55,549 nucleotides of DNA from Chloroflexota bacterium (GTDB taxonomy: Bacteria; Chloroflexota; Anaerolineae; 4572-78; NAK82), in contig JAJRXB010000198.1 of the NCBI GenBank assembly GCA_024276515.1, positions 1 through 55,549 on the forward strand. Direction: 5' to 3'. Below the pieces are notes generated by a model, which was not told the DNA's origin, did no database searches, and was given only the letters and a program-made list of their open reading frames with translations. Position 1 is the stretch's first letter. The number at the start of each line of letters is the position of its first letter. A program made the translations under genes and the position numbers. Shown here in pieces: positions 17,395-26,317 of the stretch.

Positions 17395-17410
17395 GACGGG
17401 AAGGTTGCTT

Positions 17411-17926
17411 ATGCCCACTAATGTTGTGCAAATCGTGGTCTTTGCTATCCTCACCTTGATGACCCTGGGTGGAGGGCTGGGAGTCGTCTCCAGTCGCAAC
17501 CTCTTCCACGGGGCCCTGTTTCTCGTGCTCTCCTTTGCCGGGGTGGTTGGCTATTACGTTTTGCTCGACGCCGGCTTTTTGGCCGCCGTGCAACTGTTGA
17601 TTTACATCGGGGCCATCGCCATCCTGATTCTGTTTGCCATCATGCTCTCGCGGGGGCTGATGTCGCAGCGACAGAGTCAGCGCAACGAGCAGTGGTGGAT
17701 TGCGCTGTTGGTGGTGGTGCTGACCTTTGTGGTGCTGGCGGTGGTTCTGTGGCAGGTGGACTGGCCCGTTGCCAGCGACCAGGCGCTGGCCTCGCCGAGC
17801 GTGGCCATCAGCCAATTGGGACAGGAGTTGCTCGGCCCCTATGTGATCCCCTTCGAGGTGGCGTCGGTGCTGTTGCTGGTGGCGCTGGTGGGAGCAGTCA
17901 TCCTGGCCCGCGAGACGGAGACTTAA
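17411..17926 (+). CDS. nuoJ: NADH-quinone oxidoreductase subunit J
   Basis: VVSSRNLFHGALFLVLSFAGVVGYYVLLDAGFLAAVQLLIYIGAIAILILFAIML. ATG at 17411 lies 7 nt after GGAAGG (ORF-track TTG at 17405). Confidence 0.93.
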   Translation: MPTNVVQIVVFAILTLMTLGGGLGVVSSRNLFHGALFLVLSFAGVVGYYVLLDAGFLAAVQLLIYIGAIAILILFAIMLSRGLMSQRQSQRNEQWWIALLVVVLTFVVLAVVLWQVDWPVASDQALASPSVAISQLGQELLGPYVIPFEVASVLLLVALVGAVILARETET

Positions 17927-17981
17927 TCGGCAAATCAGCAAATCTATTGCCCCGTTTGCAGATTTGCCGATTTGATGATTT
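17925..17981. repeat. Inverted arrays of an octamer repeat (AATCNNCA x3 / TGNNGATT x3) in the nuoJ-nuoK spacer
   Basis: AATCGGCA AATCAGCA AATCTATT .. TGCAGATT TGCCGATT TGATGATT. AATCGGCAAATC pairs with GATTTGCCGATT. Confidence 0.8.
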
Positions 17982-17997
17982 CGGGAGGGAGTAAGAT

Positions 17998-18306
17998 ATG
18001 ATCCCACTCTACTGGTGGCTCGTTGTGGCCGCTGCCCTGTTTTGCATCGGATTGTATGGCGTGTTGTCGCGCAAAAACGCCATCGGCGTGCTGATGGGCA
18101 TCGAGTTGATGCTCAATGCGGTGAACGTGAACCTGGTCGCCTTTTGGCGTTACGTGACGCCCCAAACGCTGACCGGCCAGGTGTTTGCCATCTTCGTCAT
18201 CACCGTGGCGGCAGCCGAGGCAGCGGTGGGTCTGGCGATTATCATCGCCGCCTACCGCCGGCGCGACACGGTCATCGTGGACGAGTTGGATATTATGCGC
18301 TGGTGA
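17998..18306 (+). CDS. nuoK: NADH-quinone oxidoreductase subunit K
   Basis: 102 aa. [60 protein letters not shown]. Confidence 0.95.
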   Translation: MIPLYWWLVVAAALFCIGLYGVLSRKNAIGVLMGIELMLNAVNVNLVAFWRYVTPQTLTGQVFAIFVITVAAAEAAVGLAIIIAAYRRRDTVIVDELDIMRW

Positions 18307-18317
18307 TTCCAATAAGA

Positions 18318-18388
18318 CAGTAGTCAGATGTCAGCAGTCAGGCAAAAAGGGTTGTGTCTTGTCTCTGGCTACTGACTACTGACATCTG
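18318..18388. repeat. Inverted arrays of a heptamer repeat (CAGNNGT) in the nuoK-nuoL spacer
   Basis: CAGTAGT CAGATGT CAGCAGT CAGGCAA (18318-18345). The reverse complement of 18368-18388 reads CAGATGT CAGTAGT CAGTAGC. The arms pair at 16 of 17 positions. Confidence 0.85.
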
Positions 18389-18407
18389 GCCCAAAACGAG
18401 GTCGCTT

Positions 18408-20558
18408 ATGGAATTCTTCTTTAACCTGGTTCCCTTGATACCACTCATCCCTCTGCTGGCCTTTGCGGCGATTGTTCTCTTTACCCATCGTAACAATCGG
18501 CTCAGCTCCAACATTGCCATCGGCGGGATTGCCCTCTCCACGTTGGTTTCGTGGGGGGTGGTGCTGGCGACGATTTTGGCCGGGGAGCACGTGCAGGTGG
18601 AAGGCTGGGAATTGCCAATCCCCTGGTTGCCGACCGGCACAACCGTTTTCAACACCGGCTTTGCGGTGGACGGTTTCACGGCGGCCATGCTCTTTATGGT
18701 CCCCTTTGTGTGTACGATGATTTTCATCTACTCGCAGGGGTACATGAACCTGGGCCAGCCGAACCAGGACCCGCGCTACGCCCGGTTCTTCGCCTATATC
18801 TCCCTTTTTGCAGCCGGCATGCTGGGACTGGTGGTCGCCGACAACTTGCTGCTCCTTTTCATCTCCTGGGAGGTGATGGGCCTCTGCTCGTACCTGCTCA
18901 TCGGCTTCTGGTCCTTCCGGGATCGCGACAACGAGCAGCACATTGACGAAGCGCAGGTAAAGCGAGCGCGGGCGGCAGCCCTCAAGGCCTTCATCACCAC
19001 CCGCGTCGGCGACGTGCTCCTCTTTTCGGGGCTGGCGTTGCTCTTTAGTTACACCGGCACGCTGACTTTCCGCGAAATTTTCCGGCCCGATATGCTGGAA
19101 CACCTGGGGTCCATCAGCCTGCTGGGGATGCCGGCGGTGACGGTCATCGCACTGTTGGCCTTTGGCGGGGCGGTGGGCAAAAGCGCCCAGTTCCCCCTCC
19201 ACGTCTGGCTGCCGGACGCGATGGAAGGTCCCACCCCCGTTTCGGCCCTCATCCACGCGGCGACGATGGTGGCCGCCGGGGTGTATCTGGTGGCGCGCAT
19301 GCTGCCTCTTTTCGTCGCCGGTTTTGAGACCGCGAACGCACCGGCACTCCAGTGGGTGGCGGTCATCGGAGCTATCACCGCTTTCTTCGGCGCCACCATC
19401 GGCCTGGCGCAGGACGACATCAAGCGCGTGCTGGCCTATTCCACCATCAGCCAGTTGGGCTATATGATGATGGGGTTGGGCCTGGGCAGTCTGGTGGCGG
19501 GCATCTTTCACCTGCTGACTCACGCCTTTTTCAAGGCCCTCCTCTTTTTGGGCTCCGGCTCGGTCATCCACGGGATGGAGCACGGACACCACGCGGCAGG
19601 GGCCCATGGCCAGACGTCCCAGCACGACGACGGCTTCAGCGCCAACGATATGAAAACGATGGGCGGCCTGCGACACAAGATGCCGCGCACTTTCTGGCCC
19701 TACATGGCGGGCACGCTGGCGTTGGTGGGGATTGTGCCCTTTGCCGGCTTTTGGAGCAAGGACGAAATACTGGCCGAGGCGTTCCAACGCTGGCAAGAGA
19801 GTGGGGCGCTCGGTTTGCCCTTCTGGGTGTGGCTGGCGGGGACGCTGGGAGCACTGATCACCGCTCTCTACATGGGCCGCCAGATCGCCCTCGTTTTCTG
19901 GGGCGAGCCGCGTCACGAGGCAGCCACACACGCCCACGAGTCGCCCAACAGCATGACAGGGCCTTTGATGGTCCTGGCCGTCTTTGCGCTGATCGGTGGC
20001 CTGGCGAATGCCCCCTTCCTGGGCAGCCCGTTGCACCACTTTATGGGAGGGGTTCACGAGGCAAGCGAGGTAGTCCACTCGGCGACGGTATCCTTTAACT
20101 TTGCCGTGGCCGGTCTTTCTACCGTGGTGGCGCTGCTTGGCTTGCTGGGCGGCTGGGCCATCTATCGAAACTATCGGGCGGGCGAGGTCGAACCCTTCCA
20201 GCGTTGGCTGGGACCGATCTTCACCCTTCTGAGGAACAAATACTACGTAGACGAGCTGTACCAGTTGGTCATCATCCGGCCCGTCGTCTGGCTGGCTGAC
20301 CAGGTCTTCAATTTCGACAACCGGTGGGTGGTGGATCCCCTCGTCAACCTGGTGGGGGCAGTTGGACGGGCCGCTGCGGACATCTCCCTGCTCTTCGACA
20401 AGGTGGCCGTCGATTCGGGCCTGGTGGAAGGCACGGCCAAAGCGTTCAACGCCTTTGGCGGTTGGCTGCGCCAGACGCAAACCGGGAGGGTACAAAACTA
20501 CCTGCTGGTGGTGGCGGTGACGGTGTTGATGCTGTTGGGGTTGTATCTGTATCTCTAA
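18408..20558 (+). CDS. nuoL: NADH-quinone oxidoreductase subunit L
   Basis: MEFFFNLVPLIPLIPLL.., WEVMGLCSYLLIGFW, KSAQFPLHVWLPDAMEGPTPVSALIHAATMV. ATG at 18408 lies 7 nt after GAGG. The ORF-track start at 18354 falls inside the spacer hairpin. Confidence 0.94.
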   Translation: MEFFFNLVPLIPLIPLLAFAAIVLFTHRNNRLSSNIAIGGIALSTLVSWGVVLATILAGEHVQVEGWELPIPWLPTGTTVFNTGFAVDGFTAAMLFMVPFVCTMIFIYSQGYMNLGQPNQDPRYARFFAYISLFAAGMLGLVVADNLLLLFISWEVMGLCSYLLIGFWSFRDRDNEQHIDEAQVKRARAAALKAFITTRVGDVLLFSGLALLFSYTGTLTFREIFRPDMLEHLGSISLLGMPAVTVIALLAFGGAVGKSAQFPLHVWLPDAMEGPTPVSALIHAATMVAAGVYLVARMLPLFVAGFETANAPALQWVAVIGAITAFFGATIGLAQDDIKRVLAYSTISQLGYMMMGLGLGSLVAGIFHLLTHAFFKALLFLGSGSVIHGMEHGHHAAGAHGQTSQHDDGFSANDMKTMGGLRHKMPRTFWPYMAGTLALVGIVPFAGFWSKDEILAEAFQRWQESGALGLPFWVWLAGTLGALITALYMGRQIALVFWGEPRHEAATHAHESPNSMTGPLMVLAVFALIGGLANAPFLGSPLHHFMGGVHEASEVVHSATVSFNFAVAGLSTVVALLGLLGGWAIYRNYRAGEVEPFQRWLGPIFTLLRNKYYVDELYQLVIIRPVVWLADQVFNFDNRWVVDPLVNLVGAVGRAAADISLLFDKVAVDSGLVEGTAKAFNAFGGWLRQTQTGRVQNYLLVVAVTVLMLLGLYLYL

Positions 20559-20574
20559 AGGAGGCATCGTACCC

Positions 20575-22116
20575 ATGGATTTTCCATTTCTGACTCTCAT
20601 CACCTTTATCCCGCTGGTAGGGGCGATCATTGCGTCTCTCATCCCCGGCGACCGGGAGCGTGAGATCAAGTGGTTTTCGGTGTTCGTCAGCCTGATTCCC
20701 CTGGTGTTGTCCATCGTGATGTGGGCGCTTTACGTCCAGACCGACGGGGGGATGCAGTTCATGGAAGAGGCGGTGTGGATTCCCACCCTCAATGCCTATT
20801 ACCGGATGGGAGTGGATGGCATCAGCATCCCACTGGTCTTTCTGACGACGCTGCTGACGACCCTATCCCTCTTCTACTCGGCGTACACCATCAAGAAGCG
20901 GGTTAAGGAATTTTTCGTCCTTTTCCTGATGCTGGAGATGGGGATGATCGGCGTCTTCTTGTCGCTAGACCTGGTGCTCTTCTACGTTTTCTGGGAGATC
21001 GGGCTGGTGCCCATGTTCCTGCTGATTGGCATCTGGGGGCAGCCCAAGGACCGACCTCAATACTCGGCCATCAAGTTCTTCCTCTACACCCTGGTCGGTT
21101 CGGTGGCTATGTTGCTGGCCTTTATCGCCATCTTCCTCACCACCGGCACCTGGAACATCCTGGAGATCTCCTCGCTGGGACCGCTGGCGGACAGTCCGGC
21201 CCTGGCCGTGGCTGCTTTTTGGGGCATCTTCCTGGCCTTTGCCATCAAGGTGCCGATGTGGCCCTTCCACACCTGGTTGCCCGACGCTCACACGGCAGCG
21301 CCGACGGCGGGGTCGGTCATCCTGGCGGGCGTGCTGCTGAAGCTGGGGGGGTATGGCTTCATTCGCATTCTGCTCCCCTTCTTCCCGGCGCTGTTCAAGC
21401 AGTTTGCTCCCTTCATCGGGGTGATTGCGCTGATCAGCATGATCTATGGGGCATTGGTCAGCATGGCCCAATGGGACCTGAAACGTCTCATCGCCTACTC
21501 CTCGGTCAGCCACATGGGATACTTTACGCTGGGTCTGGTGGCGGCGGCTGCTACCCTCGACGTCTCGGATCCGTTGCTGACCAGCCGGGCGATTGCCCTG
21601 AGCGGGGCCGTGCTGCAAATGTTCAACCACGGCATCATCACCGGCGGCCTGTTCTTCCTGGTCGGCGTGATCTACGAGCGGACTCACACCCGCGACCTGA
21701 AGGCCTTTGGCGGACTCAGCGCCAAGCTGCCGGTTTACTACGGCGTGATGATGATGACCGGGCTGGCGTCGCTGGGCCTGCCCGGACTGGCCGGTTTCAT
21801 CAGCGAGCTTCTGGTCTTCCGGGGCGCGTTTCACATTATGCCGACCTACGCCATCATCGGCGTCATCGCCATCGTGTTGACGGCGGCCTACATTTTGTGG
21901 AAGATCATCCAGTACGTCTTCCTCGGCGAGTTCAGCGAAGAGAAATGGCGGGCCATCTTCGATCCGGAGCACTGGCATTTTTCGCTGGACATGGCTCGCT
22001 TCGAGGTCATCACCATGGCGCCGTTGCTCTTCTTTATGCTGCTGGTGGGAGTCTACCCGGCACCGATCCTCAACGTGATCAACGCGGCGTCTACGGCGAT
22101 CCTGGGCAGTCTGTGA
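20575..22116 (+). CDS. nuoM: NADH-quinone oxidoreductase subunit M
   Basis: FYVFWEIGLVPMFLLIGIWG, KVPMWPFHTWLPDAHTAAPTAGSVILAGVLLKLGGYG. Confidence 0.95.
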   Translation: MDFPFLTLITFIPLVGAIIASLIPGDREREIKWFSVFVSLIPLVLSIVMWALYVQTDGGMQFMEEAVWIPTLNAYYRMGVDGISIPLVFLTTLLTTLSLFYSAYTIKKRVKEFFVLFLMLEMGMIGVFLSLDLVLFYVFWEIGLVPMFLLIGIWGQPKDRPQYSAIKFFLYTLVGSVAMLLAFIAIFLTTGTWNILEISSLGPLADSPALAVAAFWGIFLAFAIKVPMWPFHTWLPDAHTAAPTAGSVILAGVLLKLGGYGFIRILLPFFPALFKQFAPFIGVIALISMIYGALVSMAQWDLKRLIAYSSVSHMGYFTLGLVAAAATLDVSDPLLTSRAIALSGAVLQMFNHGIITGGLFFLVGVIYERTHTRDLKAFGGLSAKLPVYYGVMMMTGLASLGLPGLAGFISELLVFRGAFHIMPTYAIIGVIAIVLTAAYILWKIIQYVFLGEFSEEKWRAIFDPEHWHFSLDMARFEVITMAPLLFFMLLVGVYPAPILNVINAASTAILGSL

Positions 22117-22167
22117 GGTGGGGATTAGAGGTTGACGAAGCTGGAGTGGAGGGGTTGTCCCAGGCGC

Positions 22168-22248
22168 GAAACGTAAAACGTGATGCGTGTTTCACATTGG
22201 TTTTGGTTGCGGGCACAGGACACGCAATACGCAACACGAATCACTACC
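22168..22248. repeat. Heptamer repeats of the CACGNNT family in both orientations in the nuoM-nuoN spacer
   Basis: The reverse complement of 22168-22195 contains CACGCAT, CACGTTT and TACGTTT. The forward array at 22214-22248 reads CACAGGA CACGCAA TACGCAA CACGAAT CACTACC. The 15-mer GAAACACGCATCACG at 15911-15925 recurs here as its reverse complement. Confidence 0.8.
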
Positions 22249-22261
22249 CGGAGGTTTTGCC

Positions 22262-23779
22262 TTGACGCTAAATCAGTTGCTTACGCTGCTACTACCGGAA
22301 ATCGTGTTGACCGTCGCTGCGTTTGTGGTGCTCGGTCTCGACCTGATCTGGCGCGGCGACGAAGTACGAGGTCGCTGGTTGCCCTGGGTCGCGTTCTTGG
22401 GCGTGCTGCTCACGCTGGTGGCGACGATCGCGGTCTGGCCGATGGCGGGCGTCGGCGGTCGGCCGCTGGCTTTGACGGTGGGACAGGGCTTTGGCGGAGA
22501 TGCCATCCCTATGATGGCCCTCGATGGATTGGCGCTCTTCTTCAAGCTCTTCACCGTGTTGGTGTTGCTCATCGTGACCCTCTCGGCAGGGGAGTACGTG
22601 CAGACGCACACCCCCTTCCGGGGTGAGTTTTACGCGCTGATGCTGCTGGCCGGGCTTTCGATTATGCTGGCCTCGGCGGCCACCAACCTGGTGATGATCT
22701 ATTTAGCCATTGAGTTTTTGAGCATTACCAGCTACGTACTGACCGGGTATCTGCGCGATGACCCTCGCTCGACAGAGGCGGCCATCAAGTACTTCATCTA
22801 TGGGGCAGGGGCCTCGGCAGTGATGCTATACGGATTCTCCCTGCTCTACGGGGCGACGGGCACCACCGATCTGGCCGCAATAGCGACTGCTCTGACGGCC
22901 GGCTCGACCACGGTGCGCTGGCTGGTCTTCCCGGCGACCATTATGGCCCTGGCCGGGCTGGGCTTCAAAATTGCGTTGGTTCCCTTCCACCAGTGGTCGC
23001 CAGATGCCTACGAAGGTGCGCCCACGCCGGTGACGGCCTTCCTCTCGGTGGGGCCCAAGGCGGCCGGCTTTGCGGTGTTGATGCGCCTTCTACTCACGGC
23101 GTTGCCGGGCTTCCAGGTGGACTGGGTGGGAGTGTTGGCCGGGGTAGCCATCATCACTATGTCGTTGGGCAATCTGGTGGCGTTGCGGCAAACCAACGTT
23201 AAGCGGCTGCTGGCCTATTCCAGCATCGCCCAGGCCGGCTACATGCTCATCGGTCTGGCGGCGTTGGCCCCCCTGTCCGAAAGCTGGACGACCGGGCTCA
23301 ACGGCCTGCTCCTTTACCTGTTTGCCTACCTCTTCACCAACCTGGGAGCCTTTGCCATTGTCATCGCCGTGGAGAATCGAACCGGGTCGGCCCAAATCTC
23401 TGATTTTGCCGGGCTCATCCGGCGAGCTCCTTTTCTGGCGGTGGCGATGTTCATCTTCCTGCTGTCGCTCATCGGCATCCCGCCGACGGGTGGCTTTTTG
23501 GGCAAGCTGTTCGTCTTTGGGGCGGCCATCCAGCAGCGGATGATCTTGCTGGCGGTGGTGGGTATCATCAACAGCGTCGTCTCGGTGTATTACTACTATG
23601 CGATCATACGCGAGATGTTCTTTGGCCAGGCTGGCGACGCCGAATCCATACCGGTGACGCCGTCGCTGAAGCTGGTGGTGGGCGTCAACGCGGTGATGGT
23701 ATTGGCCATCGCCCTCTACGCCGAGCCCTTCATCCGGCTGGCGACCGAGTCGGTGCAGATGTTGGCCGCGAAGTTCTGA
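22262..23779 (+). CDS. nuoN: NADH-quinone oxidoreductase subunit N
   Basis: FHQWSPDAYEGAPTPVTAFLSVGPKAAGFAVL, KRLLAYSSIAQAGYML. In-frame TTG at 22262 lies 8 nt after GGAGG. The ORF-track start at 22187 lies in the repeat spacer. Confidence 0.93.
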   Translation: MTLNQLLTLLLPEIVLTVAAFVVLGLDLIWRGDEVRGRWLPWVAFLGVLLTLVATIAVWPMAGVGGRPLALTVGQGFGGDAIPMMALDGLALFFKLFTVLVLLIVTLSAGEYVQTHTPFRGEFYALMLLAGLSIMLASAATNLVMIYLAIEFLSITSYVLTGYLRDDPRSTEAAIKYFIYGAGASAVMLYGFSLLYGATGTTDLAAIATALTAGSTTVRWLVFPATIMALAGLGFKIALVPFHQWSPDAYEGAPTPVTAFLSVGPKAAGFAVLMRLLLTALPGFQVDWVGVLAGVAIITMSLGNLVALRQTNVKRLLAYSSIAQAGYMLIGLAALAPLSESWTTGLNGLLLYLFAYLFTNLGAFAIVIAVENRTGSAQISDFAGLIRRAPFLAVAMFIFLLSLIGIPPTGGFLGKLFVFGAAIQQRMILLAVVGIINSVVSVYYYYAIIREMFFGQAGDAESIPVTPSLKLVVGVNAVMVLAIALYAEPFIRLATESVQMLAAKF

Positions 23780-23896
23780 CGATGCCGAGGAGGGGCGAGG
23801 CACGCCCGACATTGTGCCTCTGAAGCCCGATCGCCCCCGCTGTCGGCCCTCAACGCGCGCTATGCCAATGTGAGCGTTGTCAAGAAATAGTTGTGA

Positions 23897-23931
23897 GCGA
23901 CATCAGGCGTAAGCCTGATGTCGCTTTTTTT
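23897..23931 (+). terminator. Rho-independent terminator closing the nuo cluster
   Basis: GCGACATCAGGC GTAA GCCTGATGTCGC perfect 12-bp stem followed by TTTTTTT. Confidence 0.85.
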
Positions 23932-24348
23932 ATGGGCTGTCTCTTTGGGGTGGGTACTTTAACCATTTTCTTATGAATTTCCTATTAAATTCCAAGCCCT
24001 CTGTAGTAAGATGGAGGCGGCTTCAAAAGAGCCAGGGTTGTTGGGCACTTGTATTTTGATACAGGCTCTCAACGGCGATCCCCATCCGATAAACTCGTTG
24101 CTTGCTTTCTCGGTTCTCCTTTTCCAGATTGATCGATCGCGTTTTGCGATGGCGGGATTCTTCGCTCCCTTCGGTCGCTCAGAATGACATCGTAGTAGGT
24201 GAAGTACGGTCGTGGTATTAGCTTGATGGGGATAACTCTTACAAACCAGATGAAAGTTCGTGCGAGTGCAACTGAAAGACGTGTTTCAGTTGCACTCAAT
24301 ATACATGTAGCTTTTTGGGACTTGTCGAGTGGATGAGAGACGATTTCT

Positions 24349-25230
24349 ATGAGGACGTTGCATTATCGCGTGTTGTTGTTAGCAGCGTGGCTGCTGTTTT
24401 TCTACAACCTGGAGCGCGTTAGCAAGCTCGTCAGCGACCAGCGCATTGATCTGTTGACGCCTTATGCCTACGTGTTCGTTGCCCTGGTTGCACTGGTCAC
24501 CCTGGCTTTGCCGGCAATGCACCGGCTTCCACTGTCCCTGCTGATTTCGGCAGGGGTCGTCGTATTCCTGGTTTCCAAAGCGTGGTTTGGCTATCCGCTG
24601 TGGGGCGAGGCCTTATCTTTGACTGTTACCGAGGCGGGTGCTTTTCTCGTTACGGGCTTGTTGGCCCGCCAGGTGATTTGGGCCATCCGGGAGTTTGAGA
24701 CTTCTATCGTCAATTTCACAATCAACCGTGTAGGCCGGCACTCCAAGACCTTTGCCATCGAGCAGGGGGAGATGTATCAGGAGGTTCGTCGAGCCAGGGA
24801 GTTCAATCGCCCTCTGACGTTGATAGCCATAGAGCCTGAGGTCAAGTCGTTTAAAGTCGCTGTAGAGAAGATGGTAGAAGAGGTGCAACAGGCGACGATG
24901 AAGCAATACGTCTTGGCTGCCCTGGCTAAAAGGCTGGAAGATCAGCTTAGTCCTTATAGCATCATAGCTCAGGATGGCGATACTTTCCTCGTTTTGCTGC
25001 CCGAAACCTCCAGAGAGGACCTTCCACGGCTGGAGGCTCGATTGTGTGGGCTGGCGCAAGAGTCGCTTGGGCTGGAGTTGCGGATTGGGGTGGCTACCCT
25101 GCCTGAGGTCGAGACATTCGATGAATTGATAAGGACGGCGCGCGATAAGATGAAGAGTAAGACGCAACAGCGACCGGAAAGGGCTGTCAAGCCCACGGTG
25201 ACCTCAGCGCAGAGTCAGATCAACCCGTAG
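24349..25230 (+). CDS. Membrane protein with C-terminal degenerate GGDEF-like domain
   Basis: About 4 N-terminal TM helices. C-terminal half aligns by eye to the GGDEF fold: RRAREFNRPLTLIAIE.., IAQDGDTFLVLLPETS (DGDTF in place of GGDEF), RIGVATLPE..ELIRTARDKM. Confidence 0.7.
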   Translation: MRTLHYRVLLLAAWLLFFYNLERVSKLVSDQRIDLLTPYAYVFVALVALVTLALPAMHRLPLSLLISAGVVVFLVSKAWFGYPLWGEALSLTVTEAGAFLVTGLLARQVIWAIREFETSIVNFTINRVGRHSKTFAIEQGEMYQEVRRAREFNRPLTLIAIEPEVKSFKVAVEKMVEEVQQATMKQYVLAALAKRLEDQLSPYSIIAQDGDTFLVLLPETSREDLPRLEARLCGLAQESLGLELRIGVATLPEVETFDELIRTARDKMKSKTQQRPERAVKPTVTSAQSQINP

Positions 25231-25267
25231 TATGGGGTATAGGGGCTTTTAAGGGAGGAGAGGCTTT

Positions 25268-25942
25268 ATGGAACTTGTTATTTTCCACCGTCCTCGAGTG
25301 CTCTTACAGAGAAAGGGATACCAGGTTGCCAAACGGCTGCTCGATTTGACGCTCAGCCTTCTGATCTTGCCGTTTGCACTGATCATAATGTTTGTTTGTG
25401 CGGTGGCGATTGCCCTGGATTCGCCGGGTCCTGTTCTGTTTGTGCAAACCCGGGTTGGTAAGGGGGGACACCGTTTTAAGCTATATAAGTTTCGCACGAT
25501 GTATGAGAACTGCGATGCTGAGGGTCATCGTGCATTTATGAAGGCATTCATAAATGGTCAGGTAGATGACCTGGCAGCCGAGAAAACGGTGTACAAACCG
25601 TTCAGCGACCGGCAACTCACGCGTGTGGGGCGCATACTACGTAAGACCAGCCTCGACGAATTGCCACAGCTTTTCAACGTGATCAGGGGAGAGATGAGCC
25701 TCGTCGGCCCCCGGCCCAATGTTCCCTGGGAGGTCGAAGAATACCGGGGCTGGCACAAGGAGCGCCTGGAAGTGTTGCCGGGCATCACCGGTCTGGCTCA
25801 GGTGCGGGGGCGGAGCGGGCTTCGATTTGACCAGATCGTTCATTACGACATCGAATATATTGAGAGGCGAAGTTTTAAGATGGACCTTCAGATCCTGTGG
25901 TGGACTGTGGTTTCGGTCCTGGCAGGCAAAGGCGCGCACTAG
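25268..25942 (+). CDS. Priming phosphoglycosyltransferase (bacterial sugar transferase family, PglC/WbaP C-terminal type)
   Basis: KRLLDLTLSLLILPFALII, DSPGPVLFVQTRVGKGGHRFKLYKFRTM, DELPQLFNVIRGEMSLVGPRP. GGGAGGAG RBS. Confidence 0.92.
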   Translation: MELVIFHRPRVLLQRKGYQVAKRLLDLTLSLLILPFALIIMFVCAVAIALDSPGPVLFVQTRVGKGGHRFKLYKFRTMYENCDAEGHRAFMKAFINGQVDDLAAEKTVYKPFSDRQLTRVGRILRKTSLDELPQLFNVIRGEMSLVGPRPNVPWEVEEYRGWHKERLEVLPGITGLAQVRGRSGLRFDQIVHYDIEYIERRSFKMDLQILWWTVVSVLAGKGAH

Positions 25943-26086
25943 TGCTCTGTCAAGACTGAATTGATGGGTGATCTTGACCCCTACGGCGGCTGTTTTTGCC
26001 CTTCAAATCATCTTTGACAGAGTACTAGGCTCCACGGCGTTTCGCACGTCGCGTCGTAAATAGAGAACTTTTGGTTTTGTGGTTAT

Positions 26087-26121
26087 GTGAGTCATCCGAA
26101 CGAGATGACTCACTGTTCTTT
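26087..26121 (+). terminator. Possible terminator/attenuator hairpin in the gap between the priming transferase and rfbF
   Basis: GTGAGTCATC CGAACGA GATGACTCAC followed by TGTTCTTT. A longer-range inverted repeat (25939-25954 / 26013-26028, 14 of 16 bp) lies just upstream. Confidence 0.35.
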
Positions 26122-26317
26122 AGAGAGGCTGAATGCCGAATCCCTGGGCTATCAAGCCCCACGTCGTGCAGCTTTTAACCCGTTTCTAACTATTTTCTAA
26201 TAATTCTCCCATTGAGTTCTAAATGTTCTGTGTTACCATCGTGTTGTCCAACGCTTTTGGCGACAGGGTGGGGTTGGTGGCCGCAGTCTCTACATCGGTC
26301 GATGTGATTTTTTGTTA

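Noticed and set aside
17181-17410. The idea that the MITE insertion deleted nuoI
   Set aside because: nuoB-G are also missing between nuoA and nuoH, so the absence of peripheral-arm genes is a property of the whole cluster. The intact 7-bp target duplication indicates a simple insertion, not a deletion event.
17275-17499. 74-aa minus-strand ORF overlapping the nuoH-nuoJ spacer
   Set aside because: It lies within the MITE-like element and runs antisense into the nuoJ start. There is no coding signal.
24069-24299. 76-aa minus-strand ORF in the AT-richer gap between the nuo terminator and the GGDEF-like gene
   Set aside because: It has no RBS, no recognisable motif and atypical composition. 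It spans a perfect hairpin (GAGTGCAACTGAAA..TTTCAGTTGCACTC, 24265-24298). More likely noncoding regulatory DNA.
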